In this document: positions 37,491 to 47,047 of the stretch, in pieces
How positions within the stretch are numbered: position 1 is the stretch's first letter
Layout: the number at the start of each line of letters is the position of its first letter
Source of the DNA: Thermoanaerobaculia bacterium
Lineage (GTDB): Bacteria; Acidobacteriota; Thermoanaerobaculia; UBA5066
Reading direction: 5' to 3'
Length of the DNA: 64,000 bases
Assembly (NCBI GenBank): GCA_963816185.1
Contig: CAWFJJ010000024.1
Location: 384,001 to 448,000 of the forward strand
Program-made: the position numbers and the translations under genes
Notes under the pieces: generated by a model
Told to the model about the DNA's origin: nothing
What the model saw: the letters and a program-made list of their open reading frames with translations, nothing else
The model's database searches: none

Positions 37491-38423
37491 ATGGCGAACG
37501 GCGAGCGCGACCCGTCCTCTGTCCTCGCCCGCCTGAAGCGCGGGCTCTTCATGACCCACACGGAGCTCCTCGCGAAGGTGGGGGGCGCGATCCGGGCGAC
37601 GTTCGAACCGGATCCCGCGGCGCTCCACGCGCTGGAAGAGGGGCTCCTTGCGGCCGACGTGGGTCCTCAGACGGCGGAGGAGCTCGTCGCGGCCGTGAAG
37701 GCCGAAGCCGGACGGCGCGACGCCGCCGAGGAGGACGTCGTCAGGCGCGTTCTGAGGGCCGAGGTGGAGAAGAGGCTCTCCATCCGCGGGCCCGATCTCG
37801 TGCCGGGATCGCCCCACGTGGTTCTCCTCGTCGGCGTGAACGGCACGGGCAAGACGACGACGGCCGCCAAGCTCGCCGCGCGCGCCGTGGCCGCGAAGAA
37901 GTCGGTCGTCCTCGCCGCGGCGGACACGTTCCGCGCCGCGGCGGTGGAGCAACTCGAGGTGTGGGCCTCGCGGCTGAACGTACCCCTCGTGAAGCACAAG
38001 GCCGGGTCCGATCCGGCCGCCGTCGTCCACGACGCGTGCGCGGTCGCGCTCGCGCGAAAGGCCGACTTGCTTCTCGTGGACACCGCCGGACGCCTCCACA
38101 CGAAGCACAACCTCATGGAGGAGCTCTCCAAGATCCGCCGCATCGCCGCGCGCAGCATTCCGGGGGCGCCGCACGAGGTTCTCCTCGTCCTCGACGCCGT
38201 GACGGGAATGAACGGGATCGCCCAGGCCCGCGAGTTCACGAGGTCGGTCGGCGTGACCGGTCTCGTGCTCACGAAGATGGACGGAACGGCGAAGGGCGGC
38301 GTGATCCTGGCGATCGTGCGCGAGCTCGCGTTGCCGGTCCGATACGTGGGCGTGGGCGAGACGGCGGACGACCTTCTCGACTTCGATGCGGCGGCGTTCG
38401 CCGGGGCGCTCGTGGATGATTGA
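37491..38423 (+). CDS. ftsY: SRP receptor FtsY
   Basis: GVNGTGKTTT, ADTFRAAA, DTAGR, TKMDGTAKGG. Confidence 0.96.
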   Translation: MANGERDPSSVLARLKRGLFMTHTELLAKVGGAIRATFEPDPAALHALEEGLLAADVGPQTAEELVAAVKAEAGRRDAAEEDVVRRVLRAEVEKRLSIRGPDLVPGSPHVVLLVGVNGTGKTTTAAKLAARAVAAKKSVVLAAADTFRAAAVEQLEVWASRLNVPLVKHKAGSDPAAVVHDACAVALARKADLLLVDTAGRLHTKHNLMEELSKIRRIAARSIPGAPHEVLLVLDAVTGMNGIAQAREFTRSVGVTGLVLTKMDGTAKGGVILAIVRELALPVRYVGVGETADDLLDFDAAAFAGALVDD

Positions 38424-39543
38424 AACGTCGCCTCTCGACGTTCTCTGGCGGCGCGTCTTCGAGCTCGCCGAACGCGGGCGGTTTTCGACGTCTCCGAATC
38501 CGCGCGTCGGGGCCGTCCTCGTCGACGCGAGCGGGACGGTGGTCGGGGAGGGCGCTCACGAGCGCGCCGGCGGCCCGCACGCCGAGGCCGTCGCTCTCGC
38601 GGCCGCGGGAGCGCGCGCGAAGGGCGCGACGCTGCTCGTCAACCTCGAGCCCTGCTCTCATTTCGGCCGCACGCCTCCCTGCACGGAGGCGCTGCTCGCC
38701 GCGGGGGTGTCGCGCGTCGTTTGCTCGATCGAGGATCCCGACTCGCGGACCGCGGGACGCGGAATCCGCCGCCTCAGAGAGCGGGGCGTCGACGTGCTGG
38801 TCGGAGCGTTCGCGGACGAAGCCGAGGCGCTGAACGAGGCGTTCCTGAAGTCCATTCGCGCCCGCCGTCCGTTCGTCCACCTGAAGTGGGCGGCGTCGCT
38901 GGACGGACGGACCGCGACGCGGAGCGGCGACTCGAAGTGGATCACCGGCCCGGCGGCGCGCGAGGATTCCTTGCGCCTCCGCGAGGAGTGCGATGCGATC
39001 CTCGTCGGCGCGCTCACGATCCTCGCGGACGACCCTCTCCTCACCCGCCGCCTGGCTCTTTCCTCGGCCATCTCTCCGCATCGCCGGCTCGTACTCGACG
39101 GCTCTCTCCGCGTGCCGGCCACGGCCCGCGTCTTCTCCGCGGCGGGAGGCGAGATCTGGCTGGTCACGGCGGTGCCCGCCGGCGATCCGCGCCTCGCGCC
39201 ATTCCTCGAGCGCGGCGTTCAGGTCTTCTCGAGGCCCGGGCCCGCGGGAGGCGTGGACTTGGGCGCTCTCCTGAGCGCGCTCCACGCCCTCGAGGTGCGC
39301 TCAGTGCTCGTCGAGGGCGGGGGTGTGACGGCCGCGTCGTTCCTGAAGGCGGGTCTCGTCGACCGCGTGACCGCCTACGTCGCGCCGCTTCTCGTGGGTG
39401 GCGCCGGCGCGCGCTCCCCCCTCGCGGGCGAGGGCGCGTACCGACTCGGAGACGCCTGCCGCCTCGCCAGCCTCGAAGCTGTCCGGATCGGATCCGACTT
39501 GCGCCTGTCGGCGCGAATCCTGCCGGGCTCGGCCGTCGGGTAG
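38416..39543 (+). CDS. ribD: Riboflavin biosynthesis deaminase/reductase
   Basis: PNPRVGAV, HAE, LEPCSHFGRTPPC, SLDGR.A, LVEGG. Confidence 0.95.
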   Translation: MIETSPLDVLWRRVFELAERGRFSTSPNPRVGAVLVDASGTVVGEGAHERAGGPHAEAVALAAAGARAKGATLLVNLEPCSHFGRTPPCTEALLAAGVSRVVCSIEDPDSRTAGRGIRRLRERGVDVLVGAFADEAEALNEAFLKSIRARRPFVHLKWAASLDGRTATRSGDSKWITGPAAREDSLRLREECDAILVGALTILADDPLLTRRLALSSAISPHRRLVLDGSLRVPATARVFSAAGGEIWLVTAVPAGDPRLAPFLERGVQVFSRPGPAGGVDLGALLSALHALEVRSVLVEGGGVTAASFLKAGLVDRVTAYVAPLLVGGAGARSPLAGEGAYRLGDACRLASLEAVRIGSDLRLSARILPGSAVG

Positions 39544-39552
39544 GATCGCGAA

Positions 39553-40224
39553 ATGTTCACCGGCCTCATTTCCGCCGTGACCCGCGTCGTGTCCCTCAGG
39601 GCCGGCGCGGAAGGCGCGATCCTCGCGGTCGAGCGCCCGACGGCCTTCGAAGACGTGGCCGTCGGTGAGAGCATCGCCGTCTCCGGGGTCTGCCTGACGG
39701 TCGTATCTCCGGCTCCCGGCCGGGTGCTCTTCTTCGACCTCTCGCCCGAGACGCTCGCACGCTCGGCTTTCGGGGACCTGGGCCCGGGCGTGGGCGTGAA
39801 CCTCGAGCGCTCGCTGGCCGCGGGCGACCGCCTCGGCGGCCACATCGTCGCGGGGCACGTGGACGGCACCGCCGAAGTGCTCGCTGTCGAGAAGTCCGGC
39901 GACTCGTGGACCTTCCGGTTTTCGCTCCCGGCCCCCCTCGCGCGTTACACCGTCGAAAAAGGCTCGATCGCCGTGGACGGGGTCTCGCTCACCGTGGCGA
40001 CGCTCGGAGAGGACTCGTTCGACGTAGCCGTCGTTCCGCACACGTTCAGGTCCACGACTCTCGGAGCGAAGAAACCCGGCGACCGCGTGAACATCGAGGT
40101 GGACGTCCTCGGAAAGTACGTCGAGCGACTCCTGGCGGCGCGGCTCGGCGAGACGCGCGATGCCGCTGAAGCGCAAGGCGCGCGGGACGAGCGCCTGCGC
40201 GGCCTCCTGACCGAAGGCTCGTGA
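39553..40224 (+). CDS. ribE: Riboflavin synthase alpha chain
   Basis: MFTGLI, GVCLTV, VNLER, GGHIVAGHVD, KGSIAVDGVSLT. Confidence 0.95.
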   Translation: MFTGLISAVTRVVSLRAGAEGAILAVERPTAFEDVAVGESIAVSGVCLTVVSPAPGRVLFFDLSPETLARSAFGDLGPGVGVNLERSLAAGDRLGGHIVAGHVDGTAEVLAVEKSGDSWTFRFSLPAPLARYTVEKGSIAVDGVSLTVATLGEDSFDVAVVPHTFRSTTLGAKKPGDRVNIEVDVLGKYVERLLAARLGETRDAAEAQGARDERLRGLLTEGS

Positions 40225-41466
40225 CGGCAGACGGCCTCCCGCGGGGCGCAACCGGTGCGCCCGGCGCGTACGTCCACGTGCCTTTCTGCGCGCATCGCTG
40301 CGCGTACTGCTCGTTCGTCGCGCTCGAGGGGAGAAGAGAAGAAGAAGATTTCTTCGAAGGCCTGGAGAGGGAAATTCGCGCGAGGGCGGGCGAGGCCGTG
40401 CGTGGCGCCGCCCGCGCGATTCGCGGTTTTGATTCCGTTTACTTCGGCGGCGGCACCCCTTCGTACGTCGACGCGCGTCGGCTCGGCCGCCTGCTCGGGA
40501 CCTTCGAAGAAATCTTCGGATCTCTCTTCGGACGTCGAAATCACGGCCGAGGCCAACCCGGACGACCTCGACGCGGACAAGCTTTCCGCTCTTTCGTCGA
40601 TCGGCGTGAACCGCCTTTCCATCGGTGTGCAGTCGCTCGTGGACGCGGAGCTTCTTCCGCTCGAGCGGCGGCACGATGCCGCCGCCGCGCGCCGCGCCGT
40701 GTCGGAGGCCGCACGCGCTTTCGGGAACGTCTCGGCCGACCTGATGATCGGCATTCCGGGGCAGACGAAGGAGACTCTGCTTGCGAGCGTCGACGGGCTC
40801 CTCGAAGCTGGCGTGACGCACCTTTCCGCCTATCTTCTCGAGATCGAGAAGGCGCCGAAGCTCGTGGCGCTGAAGAAGGAGCGGCCGGAGCTCTTCGCCG
40901 GCGACGACGAAATGGCGGACGGGTGGGAAGCCGTGGACGAGCGCGTGACGGCGGCCGGCCTGCAACGCTACGAGATGTCGAACTGGGCGAAGCCGGGCTT
41001 CGAGAGCCGGCACAACCTCAAGTACTGGACGCTCGTCCCCGTCCTGGGCTTCGGCGTCGCGGCACATTCGTTCGACGGCATGAAGCGGTACGCGAACACG
41101 GGGATGCTGGCCGAATACCTCCGGCGCACGCGAGAAGGCGTCTCGCCCGTCGCGACCTCCGAAGAGCACCAGGAAGATCTTCTTAGAAGGGAAGAGGGGC
41201 CTGCGTTCGGCCGGAGCCTTATGAGCAAGGTCCCCGCTGGCCACGATCTTCCCAGAAGGAAAGAGGAACTCATGCTGGGGCTTCGGCTCGCATGCGGCGT
41301 CCCCTCTTCCTCATTCGAAGAAATTTGCAGAACCTTGCCCAGAGCATCGGCCTCACGGATGGAGGACGCGCTCTTCGCCGGACTCCTCGAAAAACACTCT
41401 GGCTGCGTCCGCTTCACGCGCCGCGGCGTGATGTTGTCGAACGAGGTGTTTTCGCTCCTCGTCTAG
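40221..41466 (+). CDS. hemW: Radical SAM heme chaperone HemW (HemN-like), split by a +1 frameshift near 40518 (probable sequencing error)
   Basis: YVHVPFCAHRCAYCSF and YFGGGTPS in the first frame. EITAEANP, RLSIGVQS, YEMSNWA, HNLKYW in the second frame. Confidence 0.88.
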
Positions 41467-41483
41467 CGGCGTTTCGCCGAACG

Positions 41484-42893
41484 TCATGTCGCCCTCTTCC
41501 TCCGGAACAGGAAGAACGCCGGGATGCCGAGGGCCACGATGACGAGGCCGCGCACGGTGAACGTCGGCTTGAAGATCACGAGGGCGATCGTCACGTAGAC
41601 GGTCGCGATGACGTAGAGGACGGGGATGACGCGGTCTCCGAGGGAGCGCGGCGCGAGGGCGGGATTCGTCCGTGCGAGCTTCCAGCGTCCGACGATCGTC
41701 GCGATGTAGAACATCAGGACCGTCGGAATGACGTAGTCCAGGAGGTCGCTGTACTTGCCCGAGAGGCACAGAAGAGCGGACCAGAGAAACTGCGCGGCGA
41801 GGGCGTTCACCGGGATCATCGTCTTCGGCGCGACCTCGCCGAAGGCCGGCAGGAAGAGGCCGTCGCGGGACATGGCATAGAGCACGCGCGAGCCGGACAG
41901 GATGAGGCCGTTGAGACAGCCGAACGTCGAGACGAGGATCACGCAGGCCATGATGAGCGCCGGCGTGCCGGTCTCCGCCGTACCGGAGACCGCGCCGATG
42001 GCGGCCGTGGCGACGCGGTCCTCGGGAGCGCCCGCGATGCCGGAGAGAGGGAGCGCGCTCAGGTATCCCACGTTCGCGAGGACGTAGAGGAGCGTCACGA
42101 GCCCGGTCCCGTACACGAGGGCTCTCGGGACGTTCGTCTCGGCGTCGCGCACCTCCTCTCCGAGGAACGTCACGTTGTTCCACGCGTCGGCCGAAAACAG
42201 AGATCCCACGGTCGCGACGGCGAAAGCCCAGAGGAGGGGAATCTTGAGGTCCCCTGCCGCGGGAAGCGCCCAGGAGACTCCCATGAGGTTTCCGCCGGCG
42301 ATGAAGCACACCGACAGGAGGCCGATGAGCGAGAGCACCTTGGCCGTCGTGAAGACGTTCTGCAGCCGCGCGCCGTTCTGGACGCTCGTCGTGTTCCACC
42401 AGGTGAGAAACGCGACCAGGAGAATCGCGATGATCTCCAGGGGCGTGATGCTGAGATACGCGGCCTTGAAGAAGACGTGCTTGCTCGAGATGGCCGGGAT
42501 GAGCACGCCGAGGTATTTCGCGAAGGCGACGGCCACGGCCGCGATCGTGCCCGTCTGGATGACGAGGAGGGCCGCCCAGCCGTAAAGAAATCCGCCGAGG
42601 TCGCCCCACGCCTCGCGCAGGTAGACGTACTGCCCGCCGGCTTTCGGGAAGGCCATGGCGAGCTTCCCGTAGCTCCAGGCGCCGGCCACCGTGACGAGCG
42701 CCGTGAAGACCCAGACGAGGAGGAGGAGGCTCGCGCTCTTGACCTGCCGCGCGATGTCGGCCGAGGTGATGAAGATGCCGGAGCCGATCATCGACCCCGC
42801 GACGATCGTCGTCGCGTCGACGAGGCCGAGCCTCCTGGGAAGCGTTTTGGGGAACGCCGGCTGCGTCGAGCCCGACTTCGTCATCGTTCCCAC
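41484..42893 (-). CDS. APC family amino acid permease
   Basis: GSMIGSGIF, P.AGGQYVYLREAWG, EEVRD...NVPRAL, SRVLYAMSRDG. Confidence 0.92.
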   Translation of the reverse strand: MGTMTKSGSTQPAFPKTLPRRLGLVDATTIVAGSMIGSGIFITSADIARQVKSASLLLLVWVFTALVTVAGAWSYGKLAMAFPKAGGQYVYLREAWGDLGGFLYGWAALLVIQTGTIAAVAVAFAKYLGVLIPAISSKHVFFKAAYLSITPLEIIAILLVAFLTWWNTTSVQNGARLQNVFTTAKVLSLIGLLSVCFIAGGNLMGVSWALPAAGDLKIPLLWAFAVATVGSLFSADAWNNVTFLGEEVRDAETNVPRALVYGTGLVTLLYVLANVGYLSALPLSGIAGAPEDRVATAAIGAVSGTAETGTPALIMACVILVSTFGCLNGLILSGSRVLYAMSRDGLFLPAFGEVAPKTMIPVNALAAQFLWSALLCLSGKYSDLLDYVIPTVLMFYIATIVGRWKLARTNPALAPRSLGDRVIPVLYVIATVYVTIALVIFKPTFTVRGLVIVALGIPAFFLFRRKRAT

Positions 42894-43016
42894 GGGTCCC
42901 TCCTCAGGACTCGGTCGGGGAGATCGTCATGCGCGGGAGGCTCAGGAAGGCAACGTCCCCGGTGTGACCGGGGACGTCGAGGCTCGCGGAAAAGGAGGGC
43001 GCTCGGGATCTCAAGC

Positions 43017-43466
43017 TCAGGGTGCCGCCGGCCCGGCCGGGTTGACCCAGTCCATGACGATGCCGATGTTCACTTTTTTGTCGCCGCTCCCGCTGTTCCG
43101 GACGACGTCCATGAGTTTCATCGCGTCGTCGTACTTGACGGAATCCTCGGCCGAGAAGAAGACGACCTTCGAGCTGCGGTTCCGCAGGATTTCCTGGAGG
43201 CGGACCGCGATGTTCGCCGGGTCGACCTTCTCCTTGTTCAGGTAGTACTCCCGGTTCGCGGTGAGCGACACGATGATCTGGTCCGTCGGCGGCGGAGTGT
43301 TCGGCGGCGTCGCGGGCGCGTTCGGAGGGACCTGCACGTCGTAGCCGCGCTGCAGCAGCGGCTGGACGACCATGAAGATGATGAGAAGGACGAGAACGAC
43401 GTCCACAAGCGGGGTGACGTTGATCTCCGACTTGGGTCCGTCCCCGCTTCCGACTCCCATGCTCAT
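43017..43466 (-). CDS. exbD: ExbD/TolR family protein (copy 2)
   Basis: EINVTPLVDVVLVLLIIFMV. Confidence 0.9.
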   Translation of the reverse strand: MSMGVGSGDGPKSEINVTPLVDVVLVLLIIFMVVQPLLQRGYDVQVPPNAPATPPNTPPPTDQIIVSLTANREYYLNKEKVDPANIAVRLQEILRNRSSKVVFFSAEDSVKYDDAMKLMDVVRNSGSGDKKVNIGIVMDWVNPAGPAAP

Positions 43467-43477
43467 GGCTTGACTCC

Positions 43478-43900
43478 TTACTTGCTGTCCGGTTTCTTCT
43501 CGGTGATGAGGCCGACGCGCTCGAACCCGCCGTCTTTGATCATCCTCATGACGCTCTTGACGTCGCCGAAGTTCAGCGTCCGGTCGGCCTTGATGAGGAT
43601 GTCCTTGTTCGCCGAACGTTCTCCGATCTCTTTCATCTTCGCTTCGAAGTCCTTCGGGGGAAACCACTTCGTGTCGATGAAGATGGTTTTGTCGGACTGC
43701 ACGGAGACGATGAGCTCCTTGTCGGACTCGGGCTTCTTGTCGGGCCGGTCGGTCTGGGGGAGCGTCACGGCCTTGCCCTTCTGGAGCATCGGCGTCACGA
43801 CCATGAAAATGATGAGAAGGACGAGACACACGTCGACGAGCGGCGTCACGTTGATGTCGCTCTTCATGCTCTGGCGGCCGCCGTACTGATCCATGCCCAT
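43478..43900 (-). CDS. exbD: ExbD/TolR family protein (copy 1)
   Basis: DINVTPLVDVCLVLLIIFMV, IKAD. Confidence 0.9.
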   Translation of the reverse strand: MGMDQYGGRQSMKSDINVTPLVDVCLVLLIIFMVVTPMLQKGKAVTLPQTDRPDKKPESDKELIVSVQSDKTIFIDTKWFPPKDFEAKMKEIGERSANKDILIKADRTLNFGDVKSVMRMIKDGGFERVGLITEKKPDSK

Positions 43901-43940
43901 GGGTGAACTCCTCGCTACCGAGACGAAAGGACGTCGGTCC

Positions 43941-44621
43941 TCACGCGGCCTTCGCCGCCTGGCGCTTCATGAAGTAATCGATGAGCTCGGAGGACGAGTT
44001 CGACATCTCGACCTGGAAGCGCTCGATCTTGTTGAGGAACAAGTTGTAGAGCCACACCGCCGGAATGGCGACGAAGAGGCCGAGAGCGGTCGTGACGAGT
44101 GCTTCCGCGATGCCGGCCGACACGGACCCGAGGCCGCCGGCGCCGGACGCGGCCATGCCCCGGAAGGCGTTGATGATGCCGATGACGGTGCCGAGAAGGC
44201 CGATGAACGGCGCCGTCGTCGCGATCGTGGCGAGACCGCCGAGGCCCTTCTTGAGGTCCGCCGTGGTCATCATGGAAGCGCGTTCGATCGCGCGCTCCGC
44301 GGCTGCGACGGTGTCGTGCCCCTGTGCGCCCGCGCCGTGCGCCTCGTAGGCGAACTCCAGGAGCCCCGCGGACACGACCTTCGCCACGTGGCTGTTCTTG
44401 TATTTCTTGGCGAGGTCGATCGCCTCCCTGAGCTTGTCCTGCTTCAGGAGCTGGCCAACCTCGAGGGCGAACTTGACCGACTGCGTCTTCGCCTTCTGGA
44501 AGGTCAGCCACCGCTCGACCGACACGGCGAGCGAGTAGACGGAAAGCAGGCAGAGCAGGATGAAGATCGCCATTGCAGGCGGCGACATCGTCTTGATCAG
44601 CCCCATCAGACTCATATCCAT
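43941..44621 (-). CDS. exbB: MotA/TolQ/ExbB proton channel
   Basis: APFIGLLGTVIGII.AF, GIAEALVTTALGLFVAIPAV. Confidence 0.92.
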   Translation of the reverse strand: MDMSLMGLIKTMSPPAMAIFILLCLLSVYSLAVSVERWLTFQKAKTQSVKFALEVGQLLKQDKLREAIDLAKKYKNSHVAKVVSAGLLEFAYEAHGAGAQGHDTVAAAERAIERASMMTTADLKKGLGGLATIATTAPFIGLLGTVIGIINAFRGMAASGAGGLGSVSAGIAEALVTTALGLFVAIPAVWLYNLFLNKIERFQVEMSNSSSELIDYFMKRQAAKAA

Positions 44622-44701
44622 TTGAAATGTCCTCCTTGCGTTACCGAGCGGAGCTCGTGATTTCTCGCGTTTCTATTCTATTTCGAGGGGCCTCCGCCGC
44701 C

Positions 44702-45436
44702 TTACTGGAGCGTAAAGGTGACGGTGACCGTCAGATAGACCGGAACCGGCCGTCCGTTGAAAGTGGCCGGCTTGTATTTCCATTGCGAGACCGCGCGAAT
44801 CGCCGCGCTGTCGAGGAGCGGGTTCAGACCCCGGAGCACGCGGACGGACTCGACGTCGCCAGTTTTCGTGATGATGGCCTCGAGGATGCAGACGCCCTGC
44901 ATCCGGGCCTTGCGGGCCGCCTCGGGATACGACGGCTTCACGCGCGAGATCTCGATCGGCTCCTTGACCTCGCCGCCGACGCGGAGAGGCTCTTCCCCGA
45001 CCCCGCCGAGCATTCCGCCTTTGACGCCCCCGAGGACGCCGCCCATGACGCCGCCCGCGACGCCTCCCTCGACTCCGCCTTCCACGCCGCCTTCCACGCC
45101 GGTGTTCTCAGGCTCCGGGGCGCTCGTCGGCGGCGGAAGCGTATCCGGAACGACGACGGGCGATGTCACTTGGGACGGCTTGACGGGCTCGACCTTCTGC
45201 GTCGGCTTCACGGCTGCGGCCTTCGGGGGTGGCGGCGGGGGCGGCGGCGGGGGAGCCTGCTGGGAATAGAACTGCACCGGGATCGGCGGCTCGGGAATGT
45301 CCTCGATGAACCACATCGAGGCGCCGACCGCGGTCCCGATGACGATCACGTGGATGAGCACCGAGAGCGGCAGCGTGTACCAGCGCTGGGCGCTACCCTT
45401 GTGCTTCCCGGATTCGATGAGCGAGGCTTCGAACAT
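44702..45436 (-). CDS. tonB: Energy transducer TonB
   Basis: S..IH TM motif, Pro-rich linker, GGVEGGV repeats, YPEAARKAR.QG, W.YKPA. Confidence 0.9.
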   Translation of the reverse strand: MFEASLIESGKHKGSAQRWYTLPLSVLIHVIVIGTAVGASMWFIEDIPEPPIPVQFYSQQAPPPPPPPPPPKAAAVKPTQKVEPVKPSQVTSPVVVPDTLPPPTSAPEPENTGVEGGVEGGVEGGVAGGVMGGVLGGVKGGMLGGVGEEPLRVGGEVKEPIEISRVKPSYPEAARKARMQGVCILEAIITKTGDVESVRVLRGLNPLLDSAAIRAVSQWKYKPATFNGRPVPVYLTVTVTFTLQ

Positions 45437-45454
45437 GCGTGCTCTCCTGGCTCC

Positions 45455-46351
45455 CTACATCGCCTCGAGCGGATTCTTCTTGGCCTGCTCGACGCGCTGC
45501 TTCTCCTGGATCTTCTTCCTGATCTCGAGCGCCTTCTGCTGCCATTCGGTCGCCTTCGCGTTCAGCTCCGCGACTTTCGCGGGGTCCGATTCGATGCGCG
45601 CGTACTGCCGGTAGAGCAGGTTCTTGTAGAGCATGGCCTCGAAATAGTCCGGGTTGAGCTGGATCGCCCTGTCGAGCTGAGCCATGCCGAAATCGAGGAT
45701 CTCCTTCCGCTTCTCGGGCGTCAGGCCCTTGTCGGGGGAGATGTCGACGCCCACGGTGTTGTAGGACTTGTCCCACGCCGTGACGCCCATCGTGTAGAAG
45801 ACCTCGGCGTTGTTCGGCTCCATCTCGCCTCGTTTCTTCTGCCACAGGATGGAGTTCTCGTAATCGCCCTGCTTTGCGTAGAGCATCGCGATCGTCTGAA
45901 CGGCCTGCGAATCCTGGGGGTGCTTCTCCAGGAGCTCCTTGAAGTACTTGATCGCCTCGTCGTACTTCTGGGCGTTCATGTACGTCGTGACGAGGAAGCG
46001 CGCGGCCTTCTCGTCATCGGGCTTGGCGGCGAGGTATTTCTTGAAGTGCTCGATCGACCGGTTCAGGGCCTCGATGTCTTTCGGGTGCGTGGAGCCGGGG
46101 TTATAGAGGGCCATGTAGCCCATCGCGACGAACTTGTCGAGGCGAACTTCGGTGGGATCGAGGGCCTGGGCCGCTTCGTACTTCTTCAGGGCGTCTTCGT
46201 AGAGCTGCTCCTTGAAGTACGCGTTTCCCTCCCGGATGAGCTGTTTGCTCTTGAACTTGTCGCAGCCCGCGACGGAGAGCGACAGCACGGCGAGACCGGC
46301 CGCGGCGATTCGCCGGACCGTTCGTCCCCTGCCGGTCAGATTTCCCGTCAT
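45455..46351 (-). CDS. TPR lipoprotein upstream of tonB
   Basis: Lipobox VAGC, TPR helices, AAGGAG RBS. Confidence 0.8.
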   Translation of the reverse strand: MTGNLTGRGRTVRRIAAAGLAVLSLSVAGCDKFKSKQLIREGNAYFKEQLYEDALKKYEAAQALDPTEVRLDKFVAMGYMALYNPGSTHPKDIEALNRSIEHFKKYLAAKPDDEKAARFLVTTYMNAQKYDEAIKYFKELLEKHPQDSQAVQTIAMLYAKQGDYENSILWQKKRGEMEPNNAEVFYTMGVTAWDKSYNTVGVDISPDKGLTPEKRKEILDFGMAQLDRAIQLNPDYFEAMLYKNLLYRQYARIESDPAKVAELNAKATEWQQKALEIRKKIQEKQRVEQAKKNPLEAM

Positions 46352-46428
46352 CGCCCGTTCACTCCTTTCGGTCTCACGCCGCCTCGCGTTCGTCTCACGC
46401 CGCTCCCTTGGACCGCCTGGCAACGCAT

Positions 46429-47007
46429 CTAGTTCCCGTGCGGCCTGACGACTCCCCCCGAAACGACGAGCTTGATCCCCTCCTCCACCGTGAGGCGGGG
46501 GTCGAGAATATCGCTTTCCTTCGCGAATATCAGGAAACCGCTCGTCGGGTTCAGCGCGGTCGGAACGTAGATCGAAAGCGTGCTCGCGTCGAGTGAGCCG
46601 ATTCCGCTTCCCGTCACGAATCCCAACGCAAAGGTCCCTTTCTGAGGAAATTCGACAAGAACGACTCGCTGGAAGGCACGACGGCCGCCCGGCGACACAG
46701 CCTCGACCAGTTGCTTCGAGGCGGTATAGACCGTCTTGACGAGGGGGAGATTCTCCAAGAGGCGGCCGAAAAGTTCAAGGACTTTCTTCCCGATGAGATT
46801 CGAGGAGAGAAGGCCGGTCAGCCAGATGACGACGATCGTGAGAATGAGCCCCAGGCCAGGGATGGCCCGGCCCACGAGGCGCTCGGCCAGGGGCTGGCTG
46901 AAGCCGTCGATCACGTTGAAGACGAAGCGGATGACGACCGCGGTCACGACGAGCGGAACGAGCACGAGAAGCCCGGCAGTGAGGTGGCGACGGACCCGGA
47001 AAGGCAT
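46429..47007 (-). CDS. DUF502 family membrane protein
   Basis: GLLVLVPL..T, PLVKTVY, VVLVEFP, YVPTALNPTSG, VSGG. Confidence 0.9.
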   Translation of the reverse strand: MPFRVRRHLTAGLLVLVPLVVTAVVIRFVFNVIDGFSQPLAERLVGRAIPGLGLILTIVVIWLTGLLSSNLIGKKVLELFGRLLENLPLVKTVYTASKQLVEAVSPGGRRAFQRVVLVEFPQKGTFALGFVTGSGIGSLDASTLSIYVPTALNPTSGFLIFAKESDILDPRLTVEEGIKLVVSGGVVRPHGN

Positions 47008-47047
47008 CGGAGCGGGATTCTATCCGTGCGCCCCTTACAATCCGGTC

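Noticed and set aside
38380-39560. FMN riboswitch at the rib genes, or Mg/Mn riboswitch before the MgtE-CBS gene
   Set aside because: ribD overlaps ftsY, and ribE and the CBS gene appear leaderless, leaving no room or recognisable aptamer sequence.
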